Of a stretch of 64,000 nucleotides of DNA, positions 1 to 12,289 are shown one piece after another. This DNA is from Raillietiella orientalis. Its lineage: Eukaryota. The position numbers and the translations under genes are program-made. The notes below the pieces were generated by a model that had not been told where the DNA came from, made no database searches, and was given only the letters and a program-made list of their open reading frames with translations. Positions within the stretch are counted from its first letter, which is position 1. Each line of letters starts with the position of its first letter. The stretch is taken from positions 3,968,001-4,032,000 of the forward strand of contig JAYWIR010000002.1 in the NCBI GenBank assembly GCA_036172245.1, in the 5' to 3' direction.

Positions 1-3000
1 ACTGCGCCCCGCTGCCGCTGACAGAAATCTCCGTCCGGAGCGCGCAACTCGCGTCACCCAGAGGGGGTTGCATGAGCCCCTTCGCTGCTGCCGCCGCCAC
101 CATCTCCGGGGCTCGCCCACCCCGACCCAAGCACCCTCCGCAACTCGAACCGGCGCGCGGGGATGCTGCATGATCGAGGGGGCCGCATCACACATAAGCG
201 CCCCCTGCAATTCCGAGCCGGAGAGGGGAATCCTTCCTTCCTAGGGCCGCTCCGCATTCCATCTCTGCTCCGGGGTGCAGAGCCGCAGGGCAGATTCCTC
301 AGATTCGCCGGCAACGGGCGTGTCCACTCTCTTCCCCTCCCTCTCCCCGCCGGCCCCTCGCTTCCCCGGGCCACTCGGGAAAGCCTCAGACGAACCTTTC
401 GAGGCGCTTCCACCAGCACCCTGTGTGGCGGACACTGTTGTTGTTGTTGCCTGTTGCTGCTGACGTGTTCCTGGCCGTTGCTCCATCGCCGTCCCGGGCT
501 GCTCCCCTTCTGTGTTTTTTTTTTTACTTCCCCCCCCCCTTCATCTTCTCATTTTTGTGTTTGCTTTTATTGCTGTCGGGGGAGGCAGCGGAATGCTTTC
601 CCTTCCCACGAAGACCGAGAGGGGTCAGGAGCACCCTGCCGGGTCAACCCCGCCGCCGGCTCCGCCTCCGACGCGTCGCACGCGAGAAGTACGCAGGTGG
701 GGAGCGAGAATAGGGGGAGAGAGCATGTCGCGACGGACGGACGCCCCTCTTCCCTGACGCCACCGCACACCCCACCCTCTGGAGGGAGGAGGGACATGAG
801 CGCAGGGACCCCGATCGGTAGCGCTGATGACCTGTTGTACGGGTCGGGTTGCTCAAGGAGGAGGAGGGAAGGAGCGGATTCAAGGAGCGTCGCCACTCCC
901 CCTTCCATCCCCCACCCCTTCTCCCGTTCCCGGTGGGGGCGGTGGGACAGCTATCCCGAAGAGCTTGGGATCGTCGTTATCTGGGGACAAGGACTTCGAG
1001 AGGCGACTCCGCTGCCGTCCCTCCGCCGGACTTCGCTGCTGCAACCCCACGACCTCGTCTCCCACGTGGGCTCCCGTTCGATGACTGTCTCTGCCGACGG
1101 GAGGGGACACGCTATCCGACGTGCCCGCCCCCGATTCCCTCCTCCTCCTCCCGTGGGGACGACGGCGCGCTTGAGAATGCTCTGAGCGGAGCAACTTCAG
1201 CGGAGCGTGCAGAATCGCCCCTTCCTGTCCCCCTCCTTCCCGCCCCCCCGTTGTCGTCCCTCGGAGTTGCCGCCAGGCAGCAGCCACGCCGCCAAGGTCG
1301 CGCGGCCGGCCAGGGAGCGCCCTGCGCATTCCTGGCTCGTCCGTTCTCGCGGACTCATGGAGCGGACCAACCTCCTGCTAATCCCCTCGAGAAGATCGCC
1401 GTGGTGCGGCCATCGGCACGCGTCCCCCTCCCCCTTTCCCCTCCCTGCTTCTCGTTTCCCCGGCAACGGCCCGAGTTAATTGTACCCCGCCACCGCCACC
1501 CTCACCCCGTCTATCTGGAGCGCTCAGGAATGCGTGACGGCGGGCTCCTCCGCCCCAGTTTTTCTCTCCCCCCCCCCTTCCCCTTCCCCCTCGGCTCCGT
1601 TTTCGATCGGTGCGGGTGGGCGGAGGCTTGGCGCAATCGAAGCGGCCTTGAGCAGGGTGGAAGGGACAGGGGGATGCCTCACACTCTCGCCCCCACGCAC
1701 CGTCCCCTCCAAGACCGTTCAGAGGCTCCCAAGACTCCTTAGGACCCTTCGCATCCGGAGAGGAACACGCGCGCAGCTGGCCCTGTCTTGGCGCCAGCGA
1801 GCGGTTGCTGCCTGCCCCCTTCCCCCGAGAAGTTCCGAAGAGAAGGCAGGAGAAGAGGGGGGACGCAGGAGGGTAGGGAGAAAAAGGGACTCCTCCCTTG
1901 GCCGGGTTGCCCTTCGGAAGCGAAGCCTCTGACTTTATCCCTCCTTCCGTGAGAGAACTTCCCGCAGAAGGATTCAGGGCGGAGATCGCGTTCCCCTCTC
2001 AAGAGCCCAGCTCCTTCGTCACTCGAGCGGTGTCCCCAGTGATCCTCCGGAGGAAAGCCTCGTCGTCCTCCGAGATCGCCTTTTGCGGTGGTCACTTCCC
2101 TACTTCCTTATCCCATCTCTTCATCGATCCAGGGGAGGAGAGCCGTGCAAAGCAGCACGTGCCACTCCAAGGCAGCGAGACCGTGGGCGATTGGTCTCGC
2201 TCTTCCACGCCTGCTGCCATCCCCTCTGGATCTCGGGGACAAAGGACGACAGGTCTCCGATGCTCTCCCTCTTGGAAGACGGAGGTGGTGGAGACGCGGC
2301 GACTTCCACCGCGCAGCAGCACGCGTTCTCGTTGCTCTCAGGAGAGAATCTGGAAGCGTCCCTACTCCTGCGACGGTGGCTCATAGTGCAAGGACTGTCC
2401 AGCCTCGGACCACGGTGGCCAAGAGAGAGTAGGCGCCTTCTTCGCCTCGACAGGAGGATGACGCGGTTCCGCTTTAGGCGTGCTCATCTGTCACTCCTAA
2501 GTCCCCGAAGCCCTGCCGCCTCTCCGGGCAATCCCAAAGGAACAGCAGGGGAGGTGGAGGGGGCCGGACGAACCCCGCGAGGCTGCTCGGAGACGGAGCA
2601 AGGAACACCCCCTCACTGGCGAAGATCGTTGTCTCAGTAGGACGACCCCCCCGGGAGAGATCAGAGCAGCTCCTCGGGAGACGAGGGAGCGTATTCCTCG
2701 TCTCCCGAGGCGACTCCGCTCCCTCTCTCGCGCGCCATCCTTCCCCTCTTCCACCGCACGGGCGCAAGTGTGAGGAGCGAGAGCACCTGATGGAACCGTC
2801 ACCGCCTGATTCCGAAGGAGAACGGCCGATGCTTTCCCTCTTCTTTCTGACGAGGTGGCTGCCATGTGTGGCGGAGATCACGCCCCGTCTCGGGATCCTT
2901 TCTTTCCACCTTCTCCTTCCTTTCTTCCCCCCCTCCTCCTCCCTTCCTCCCTCTTGCTCTCGCTCCTCCGCCCACTCTCTCATCCTCCGTGAAGGACCTC

Positions 3001-4020
3001 AGTCCCCTGCACTCTCATCCAAAGGTCCCCCGTTCCATTCGCGCCTCCTCGGAAGGTCCTTCCTCCCTCCCCTACCTGCACTCCGAAACGGCAGCCTTTG
3101 AAGGTCGCGTTTCTCGTCCTCTCCGGAGTGGAGAGAACGAACTCTCCGGGCCTTCGCGGTGCCGCTTGGCGATCACTTGGAATTTCCCGTTCAGACGTTC
3201 GCAGGCGCCTGCGGACCGTCCATGGCGAATGCACCAAGCGCGTCGGAAACTCCTGGCACCGTCCAGGGGCTATCGAGGGCGGGAGAATCTCAGCTGACGG
3301 CGCGTTGTCCATCCAGCAACAATCGAAAGGCGGTGCTAAAGAGGAAATCCCAACAATGGAAGACGCAGAGCGCTCATTGTTTGTATGACACATCGTTCGC
3401 GCCAGCAACAACCGAGATGCAGCTCTAATGCGAGCTAGAGCGGAAAACCCAACAATGGAGAGGCTTAGCGCTCCCATTGTTACACGGTAAAATCGTTCCG
3501 CCACAGTCCTGCAGAGCAGGCAGGCGGATCCCTAAATGCTCCTACACGCCGCAGCCGTCAGTCCTGGTCGCCGGCGAGCGTCGTCACGGTGATGAGGGGC
3601 GGAAGTTCATCACTGGCGTGTGAACCTGCGATTTTTTTCTTTCTTCCCCCCCCTTCCCCCCCCCCTACAGCAGCGAGCTCAGGCCGCGTGAACGCTCGTG
3701 GAAGTGACGCCGCGTTCCCTCCCTCCCTCCCTCCCTCGCTTCCTCCATCCCTGCAGATCGCTCCCCTCATGTCGTGGTGGACTGCTCTCTTCCCCCCCTC
3801 TTCCTGCTTCCCAGCATCAGCCGTGACGCTCGTCCGCGCATGCCTGCTGACTCGCAAGTGCGTGGTAGATGGGATGATCGGGAGGAGCCGTCCTCGGAAG
3901 GATGGGAGAAGGGGGACTACGTGGGAACGAGGGGGGGGGGGGAAGCCCCCGCGCGGTTGGCGCACGCACGACGCGTTTCCTCCAACTCTCCGTTTTCTGT
4001 TTCAGGTAACGGAACATGAA

Positions 4021-7000
4021 ATGAGCACGTGCTCCCGGCTGAGCGAAGGCAACCTCAGGAGGCTGGGCAGGTTCCTGAAGTGAGTAGGACAGCTGACGAG
4101 GTGGCGGCGGTGGATGATCCTCCCGTCCCCTTCCTCCCCGTTTCTCCCCCTCCCTTCCAGGGAACTTGCATCTGCGAATTGCTGACCTTCGTCCAAGTGC
4201 ATCGCCGGTTCGCGGCCCCTCCTCTTCTCGCATCGCTGCACACCTCCGCCGCCTCTTCCCGGCTCTCGGCCGCTGGGCTTCCGCGCACTCCTCGCCCTCT
4301 TTCTTTGCCGGATTTCCTTTGTTGTTGTTGACTCGGAGGATGCGAGGAAAGGGCGATCCAAATTGGCATCACCAGGTCTTCCCTCAGTTTTCATCCTCCT
4401 CCTCCTCCCCCCCCCCTCCTTTCTCTGCTGCGAGCCATCCGCTGCTCCAGCGCTGCTCCGTCCTCCGGAAGATCATTCTCGGGTCAAACACAGAGGACGG
4501 CATGGGGCCCTCGAGATGACCGACGGCACATATCCACGGACTCCGCGGAGCGCGGCGAGCCTCGGGGGTCCCCGGGGTGGAGGTGTCCTCACACTCATGG
4601 CAATCAAGAGACGCTCCGGGACTGCCTCTCTTGAAGGAGTCTTCCTGCTTCCTTTCTTTTTCCTCCCCTTCCTCGGGTTCACCTTGAGTGGCAGCGACGA
4701 GAGCTTAAGATGACCCTTGGTACTAGGACGTCTCGCCTCACGCGCGCGCGTTCGCTGAACACCCGCGCGCGAAGCGTCGAAGGCGACCGTGAAACGCGCG
4801 CAGTCCTTTCCCAAGGTCGCACTCGCGTGCCGTCCACCGGGCAGACTAGGGAGAAAAAGAACAGTCTACGGAATGAGAGGGAACCACTCATTTCCCGTCC
4901 ACTCTTTGCAGAAAGGGTGGACGGCCTTGACCACAGTCCGACCCCTCCCCCTTTCAGCAGCATAGGGAGTAGGCTGGGGCGCTCCCCTGGAAGGAAGCCC
5001 GCTCATTGCTGTCGCCGACGACGAGCGCGACAACTTCAGCCGTCTCGGTTTCCACGGAGACGCGGTTCCCCGTAAAGCGGCTCAGCTCCCCGTCTCCGTC
5101 CAGTCGGCATGCCCTCTCCTCCCTGATCCTACTCCTCGCCCCCAACACTACAATACACCGCTCCCTGCATGCACAGCTCGCGCATGAAGGGAGGGCGGTC
5201 ATTCAAAGGTGTCACTGTCCCGGGCAACGCTGGATCTCTGGAACAGCGCGGGAAGCGGCTCCGCCTGTCCTTTGGCTGTGTCCAAAGACCGCAAGGCCCC
5301 TCGCGTCTCTTCCCTGCCGCCGCTCAGTCAGCCGCCCTTGCCCTCCCCACCCCCTCCTCTTTCCCAATTTTTTTTTTTACCTCTTTCAGGGGTTCGAAGA
5401 AGAGTCTGGACGCCGGCGAGTGCCCTCATCAGGACACACCCTTCGTGGAGCACCGGTCCGCCAGCCTGGTAAGTCCGGACGAAGGCAGGCACGTCCTTCG
5501 CCCCCGCAACCCCGGGACCATCCTGCAGTCTCCGAGATTCTGCTTTCCCTTCCGTCCTCCGCTTCCCTACCTCTCCCTCGACCTCGGAGTGAGGAAAAGG
5601 GAGGAAGGGAATGGACTCAAGGAGAACTCTGCCGCTGCTGGTGGCACGGCAACAGGGCTGGGAAGGGAATTTTACTCCCCACCCCCTCCTCCAAGCTCGA
5701 CGAGATCCCTTCCTTCCTCGCTCGTCCTCATGGAGACGAGCACCCCCTTCGCGCCGGCCCGCGAGAAAGATGGGTCAGGCGAGCGAGCGCGGGGGGGGGG
5801 AGGTGGCAAGTCATCCTCGGAAAAAGCGTGGACCCCTGCAGCCGCATCTCCTTTTTTTCAGTCCAGTCTGCTGGAGAGGAACGACGCCATCCCGCCCAGA
5901 ATGGTGAAGCTGGAAACCCTGGAGGCCACGGTGAGTGGGGAAGGGGGAGAGGGTGCGGAGAGGGGGGGGGGGAACTTCCTCCTTCGACCGCATGCGTTCC
6001 TCCTCGCCGACACACGCCCCTCATCGCGGTCGTGGAGGAGGATCCCCGAGATGGAGCGGTCGAAGAGGGGAGAGGAGAAACCGGGATTCCCTCTTTCTCT
6101 CTTCCTTCCTCTCCAGCTCTTTCCAAGGGAAGAGGGAGGGGAGGGAGGGGCGCCAACCTCCCCCCTCCCCTCCTTCATGGCCTAGGCGATCAGCGCACTC
6201 CCTCCGCAAGCATCGAGAGCGAGACCCGAGTGGGGGCTCCCCCCAGGCAAGCGCCTTCTTCTGGAGGTCAGCGGGATTTTCCCCTCGCGGATCCGGAGCG
6301 GGTGGTTTGGTGGGCGGGAGCGACCGAACGCCGGAGGGGGGGCACCCTCGTTCCCTCTGCCCTGCGTCCCCTCCCCTCCACTTCCTCACGTCCTCTCCAT
6401 CCGGTGGTCCGCTGCGCCCGGAAGCAGGCGTCGCGTCGCTCCCGCCAGGAGCTCCTCGGTCATCCTCCCTCCCCCTTCCGTTCTCCCAACCACCTCCACG
6501 GGGAAGACCCTCCCGGAGGAGAACGGAAACTTTAGGCAACGCGGAGCCGCCCAGCTGGCGGGCGAGTTCCGGTGGGGAGAAGAGGGAGGGAGGGAGGGTA
6601 GACGCCGCGACCTGATTCCCGGCCTCGAGGTCGTCTCGCGCGGAGGAAGGGAGCGGCCCCTGGCAGACTCGGCTCCTGCCCCACGTCACGCTTTGAGTTC
6701 TCCAGGGACCACTCTCCTCCCTTCCTGCCTCGGCCCCCTCTTGGCGACGACGGTTGTCGCCACCGTCCCTGCGGCCGGCTGTCGCGGCGGATGCCGACAC
6801 CGCGTCCTCGCCTCGGCAACCGCTGCGACGCGCCACGTTACCAGGGCGGGCGTTGCTGTCACGATGCTCTCGTCGCTGCCGTGGGCCAGTGGGCGGGGTC
6901 GCCGCATCCGGCCGCAGCCGCTCGCGCGCGCATGAGCATGTGAGCGAGCGAGCGAAAGAGAGGTCCCCAGTTTTTCCGGAGATGCCAGCAGCGGTGGCCG

Positions 7001-10000
7001 TCGGTGCTGGCGCTGAGGTCGGCGGTCGCCGGAGAGGAGGTGCAGCCACCTACTCTGACTGCTCCTTTTTCCCAGACTCCACACACCGGGACGCCGGGCG
7101 ACCCGTTCTGGGTGGTCCAGTGGAAACAGCCTCCCCAGTGATGGCGTGGGAAGGTGGCGCGCGATCCCACGGCCCTTCTCTCTCTGAGCGAGGGCTCTCT
7201 CTGAGCACTCGTCGTCCCCCGGCAAGGTCTGGGGATGGGGGGGGGGGTGCAAGGGCGTTGTCCCTAGAGGGGGTGGCGCGCGCTCCCGGAGAGCGGTCAT
7301 CGGGAGCAGCAGCTCTCAGCCTCCGCCCTTGCTCGGTCGTCACGAAGGACCTCCAGGCACGCGGACCGCTGGAGAGGCAGCCGCTCTCGGCAGAAGAGCG
7401 GCACGGGGAGATGCCCCGAAGGGTCCGCGGCACGGTCGGTCGTGCCATCCCCGGACTTCGAATTTCCGCCGCGGGGCACTCGCCCCGAACGCCTTCCCTA
7501 GAGACGGGGCGCGCGGCCCGAGCCCGTTCGAGGCTGTCCTCCCTCCCTTCCCCTCCGGGTGTGCATGCACCCTGGTCGCTTCGCTCTCGGGGTTCCTGCT
7601 GATGTAGCGAGAGGGGAGGGAGGAGGGGGAGGATGGACGGTTCTCCCGACCGAGCGTCCTCCACGTTGCCGTGGGAAACGGCGCCGGTCGGCAGGAGCGC
7701 GTGTGCCGCGCGCCACGTATCGCAGCCTTTCGCCTCCCGCCCATCCGGCCGGGTTCAGGGGGACGCGTCAAGAGTCCCGTTCCCACACGCTCCTCACTTC
7801 GCAGGGTTCCCGTCGGTTCGCGAGGGGGGGAGGTAGGGAAAGATGTGTCCTCGGGCGAAACGACTGGTCCACCCTCGCCGAGGCGTGCGTGACTTTTCCC
7901 CTGCGAGGGCGTTCTTCTTCGCCCGCAGTGCCTCCTTCTCCGCTTTTTCTCCGCTGCCTCCCTCCCGTGTCCACGGCCGCACCTTGGGAGGAGCGGGAGC
8001 CTGCGGAGCTGTGAGCGCCCTTCGTCGCCCGAACAGAGAGACGACCCATTCCCGAAAAGGGCAGCCTGAGCACCGTCATCGCCGTCGACAGCAGCGGCGT
8101 CAGAGGTCACGGGGCGTGGCGGCGGCAGCGACGGACGGTGTCCTTCGCTGTCCCAGGAGGAGGAGGGGGAGAGTAAGCTCTCCCTCCCCCTCCCCCTCTC
8201 CTCCTCCTCCTCGACCGAGAGCACCTTGGATCCTACTCCTCCCCATTGATGCGCTTCAAGAGACGCGGGAGGTCTGCGGGCCGGAAGGCTCCTTTGCTGC
8301 GGAGAGCACCTCCGTTGTGCTGGCGACGTCTTCGGTCTTGCATCGCCAGCCGCGCGAGGAGAGCGCACTTGCATCCCCTTCCACCCCTTCTCGCCCACGG
8401 GCCGACGGACGGGAGAGCTTTCCTGCACTCGCGCCTTCTCTAAGCGGGGCCGCCCTGTTCGATCCTCTGCGGCCGAGGAAGCTGAAGGCGGCGCCCCTCC
8501 CTCCTCGGCATGCCCGGAACTCCTGGAGACCTGAAGATTCCGCGTCTGCGCGTGTGTGCGCACGTCGGTCACTCTCTCCCTGAGGTCGAGCGCCCCCCTT
8601 TCGATGTCTCGACGAGCCCCATGGCCTCTTGGTAACTCTAATTGGAGAGCGCGTGGGTCTATTAATAATGACGAAGCACCTGTTAATAAATCCGACGCTC
8701 GGACGTGCTCCATCATTCATTTTTCCGATCCCTCGGGAAATATTTCGAAACTCTCGCAGCCGCTGACGAAAAACTGCACCGCAGTGATTGATTTGCGTTT
8801 TTCCTTTTCTGCCATTTTGGGTTTCCGCAGGTCACATGATCCGACTCTTGCATTGTTGCGTTTCGTCAGACTGCGCAGAGTGGCGCATTCGTCGCGTGTC
8901 GGGGAGAAAGTCCGGCGGCAACGGGGTTTTCACATGGCCGGTGCCTCGAAGCTGCGAAAAAAAACGTTCTTTTCAATTAAGTAGCAAAAAGGCAAAACAA
9001 AACAAAACAAAAAGGAAAACATTCCGAAGGAGAGACTCAAGAAGCAAGGTGGACGGACAGCTTAGTCACCGCAAGATCGATTAAAGTCGAGAGGCAAGCC
9101 CGCCCCTATGCCCAGGAGAAATGCCCGAGAGAAACGAGTGTTTTTCTCTTCCGTGCCCGTGCTTGCTCAAGAGCGACTCCGTAAACACAAGACGGGCAAA
9201 CGAAGAAAGACTTGTCGACCTCTCCCCAGCGCCTCATTTGCTTTTCCCTCGTCGCTGACCGCGTTCCCTCCCACGAAACCACGCGGTTCCTCTGCCAGCA
9301 GCAAGCGCTGGCATGTAGCTCAGAGTTACCAGATAACAAAACATGTTTGTCACACCATAATGATCATCCGGGATTACGTCACTTGGCGTTTCACGAACAC
9401 GTCGGGAATTCTCATTTCAGGATTCAGGTTCATTTACTTTTCTTTTTTCGGTGTGTGTGCGCGTGTGTGTGTGTTGCGATGAAAGTGAAACTTTACTTCG
9501 TGTGCAATCCTAGGAAAGGAAAAGCGGCACAGCCGGACACATCCCGACGTGCCTGTAGCTCCCGATTTCCTGGGATAAAGAGAGAGCGCGAGAGAGAGAG
9601 GAAGCAAAAAATGAGGAGTTATTGCATGGGGGGGGGGGAACAAAAGCATGAAATAAAGGAAGGCAGGAAAGCATTTCGCATTGCCTAGAGACCGGGACAT
9701 CACATCTGCACGGCACGAGCGTGCGCCCGCGTTTATCGAGCACGACGAATCGCCTCTTTTTTTGTCGGGCACACGTGTGAACCCCTGGGCGAGCGCTCGC
9801 TTCGCGACGCGCGAGGCTTGCGTGTGCCCTGCTCGCTTGCTCCCGGCACACGCGCCGCCGCCGCCGATCGGATTTCCTGCTTCCCGGCGCCTGCCTCCCG
9901 TATCACCCCCTGCTCCACCCTAACTCCATTCTGTTCTTCTCCCCTCTCGTCGTTTTCCCCGCCACGCAGGAGGGATGGGAGTGGGGGAAAGAGAGGTGGG

Positions 10001-12289
10001 GAGGAAGGGGACAGGTTAGCTGGCGGCCCTTGATCGTTTCCGGAAGATGGGGAGATCATTCAGGAAGGACGCAGCTGCACATTTTGGGCGTCCCCTTCTC
10101 CCACGGATGGTGGACGATGGTCGCCATTGCGGAGAGGAGGAGGAAGGAGGAGGGGAGGGAGCGATCTCATCTTTTGGGTTCCTTCGGCGTCGTTTCTTTC
10201 CGATGTCCTCTCCTCCCCAAAGAAACTGAACCATCCCTCCTTGCCTTCCTCCCCGCCGTCCGGGGGATGAGGAAGGAGGAAGGAAGTGGAGGAAGCGAGG
10301 GAGGAGTGGCGAATGGCCGCTCGTGGTCCGCAACGCACGACAGCTTCGTCTCCCCCAGATGGCGAGCATCGAGAGTTCCCTGATGAAGGGGACCCACAGG
10401 AAGAAGCCCAAGGACGCCCCGCAGCCGGGGAAGGAGCTGCTCAAGGAAATCGAGGCGCTCCGGAGCAGCTTGCTGGCCAAGGATGCCCTCATGCTGAAGA
10501 TGAGGTCACAGATCCTGCAGCTGTGCTCCCAGGTTGGTGAGAGTCTTCTCCCACTTCCCCCCTTCTCCTCCTCCGCGCGCGGGACCCCTCCAAGACGAGC
10601 GATTGTCCCTACTTCCTTCCCTCCAGTGCCCGAGGGCGCTTCCGTCAGAGTGCCTGAGCGAGTCGGAGAAGGACAAGGTCCGCGAGAGACTGGCCAAGAT
10701 TCAGCAGGACATGGAGAGCAAGAGGACGGCTCTGAAGAACCTGCGGCTGACCCTGGAGAGGCTGGATATGTCCGAGTAAGGTTGCTTCCCCCGCTGCCGG
10801 CTGCGGAGACCCCCCCCCCTCTCCCTCTTCGCAGCCTGGACGCCCGCATCCGCCAGGCCGAGATCGAGTCCCGGCTGGAAAAGGAGGAGCTGAGCATCCT
10901 CGGTCTTCAGGAAGAGTCTCTGCGTCTGGAGCTGCAGCTGCAGAGCCACGGCGGCGACAGAGAGGCTCCTCCCTCCCTCTTTGACCAGATCGGCCAGGGG
11001 ATGCACACCAGCCTGCTCGCCCTGACCGTGCCCTTCAACCCCAAAGACCCCTCCTTCACGGCGGGGGTCCAGGGCAAAGGGACGGGCGTGGTGGTAGACT
11101 GGGCGGAGGAGTTCTCCGGTCTGAAGAAAGGGGACAGGTAAGAGGGGCGGAAGGCGCTCCCTGGGGAATGGGATCAGGGGGATTGCGAGCGAGGGAGATC
11201 TGCTGCCGCAGGGAGGTGGCGGTGCGCGGGAGCGGGACCCACGTGCAAGGGATGCACGGCTGACAGGGAAAAGGGGGAGAGGAAAGGAGGGGGAAAGCAG
11301 GATGGCGGGATTCAGGGCGGAGGAGAGGCGGGACTCAGCCCTCCCTCCTCTTCTTCCCTTCCCCCAGGATCGTGGAGATCAGCGGTCGTCTGGTGCTGCA
11401 CGGGGACAAGGAGGAGTTCTGGGTCGCCGCCGCCCTCTCGAGGTCGCCCTTCCGGATGGTGGTGCTGCGGGCCGTCCCCCACCTCCCCTCCCGTCGCCCG
11501 CACGGGAGGGAGGTCCAGTCGCTGAAGGAGGAGCTGGCGGTCGCGGAGGAGAGGCTGCAAGTCGCTTCGGCCGACAACCGGGGTCTCTCGCGTCTCGTGG
11601 AGCGCCTGCGCTGCGAGCGAGAGGAGCTGCGCGGGGAGCGCACGCGGCTGCTGCACCGCGTGGCCTACCTCGAGGACCAGCAGCAGCAGCAGCAGCAGCA
11701 GCTGCAACATCACCACCTCCGCCACCAACACCTCCATCACCAGGAGCAGCAGCAGCAGCAGCATCCTCTCGCCTCCGCCTCCGACCTGACGGTCACCGAG
11801 GTCACCGTGTTCCAGAAAGGGCAGAGGACCGCCGTGATCGACGAGACGTACGCCTCCCCGGATTCCTACAGCGGGCCCCGCAGCCAGGACAGCGCCTACG
11901 GGTCCATCGGTCCCCCGGAGCCGCGGCCCATCGCCACTGCCACCTCCGCCTCCTCCTCCCGGAGCGACCTCCACCCGGGAAAAGTCGCTGCCGTCGCCAG
12001 GCTCCAGCCACCACCTCCTCAGCCTCCGCCCCCGCCCCCAGCCCCGCGAAGGTCTTTGTACGGGAAGGGGAGCGACTCCGCCGCCGCCGCCAGGAAGCGG
12101 AGCCACCACCTCCGAGAGAGCGCCAGGGGCGGCAGCTCCTGCTCCTCGTCGAGGAGGAAGTCCGAAGGCGTCGGCGGCGCCTCGTCCTTCATCGGCAAGC
12201 TGAGCTCCTTCGCGGCGCTCAGAGGGTGGCACTCCGGCGCAGAGCAGCAGCAGCAGCAGGCCAGGGCCAGGGACGAGCTGTGGTACTGA
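4021..12289 (+). CDS. Coiled-coil + PDZ domain protein, multi-exon (possibly related to insect sprite-like proteins; uncertain)
   Basis: Phase-consistent GT-AG exons 4021-4079, 5390-5468, 5862-5930, 10359-10532, 10627-10775, 10835-11137, 11368-12289 give MSTCSRLSEGNLRRLGRFLK-GSKKSLD...VKLETLEAT-MASIESSL...LKNLRLTLERLDMSD-LDARIRQAEIE... then a PDZ-like segment (VVVDWAEEFSGLKKGDR-IVEISG...FRMVVLR), a second coiled coil and a polyQ/H tail. Upstream exons are possible (acceptor TTTCAG ends at 4005). Confidence 0.75.
11678..11763 (+). repeat. CAG/CAC trinucleotide runs encoding polyQ/polyH in the last PDZ-gene exon
   Basis: cagcagcagcagcagcagcagcag ... caccac ... cagcagcagcagcag seen directly, in frame with ORF 11372-12289. 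Confidence 0.85.
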
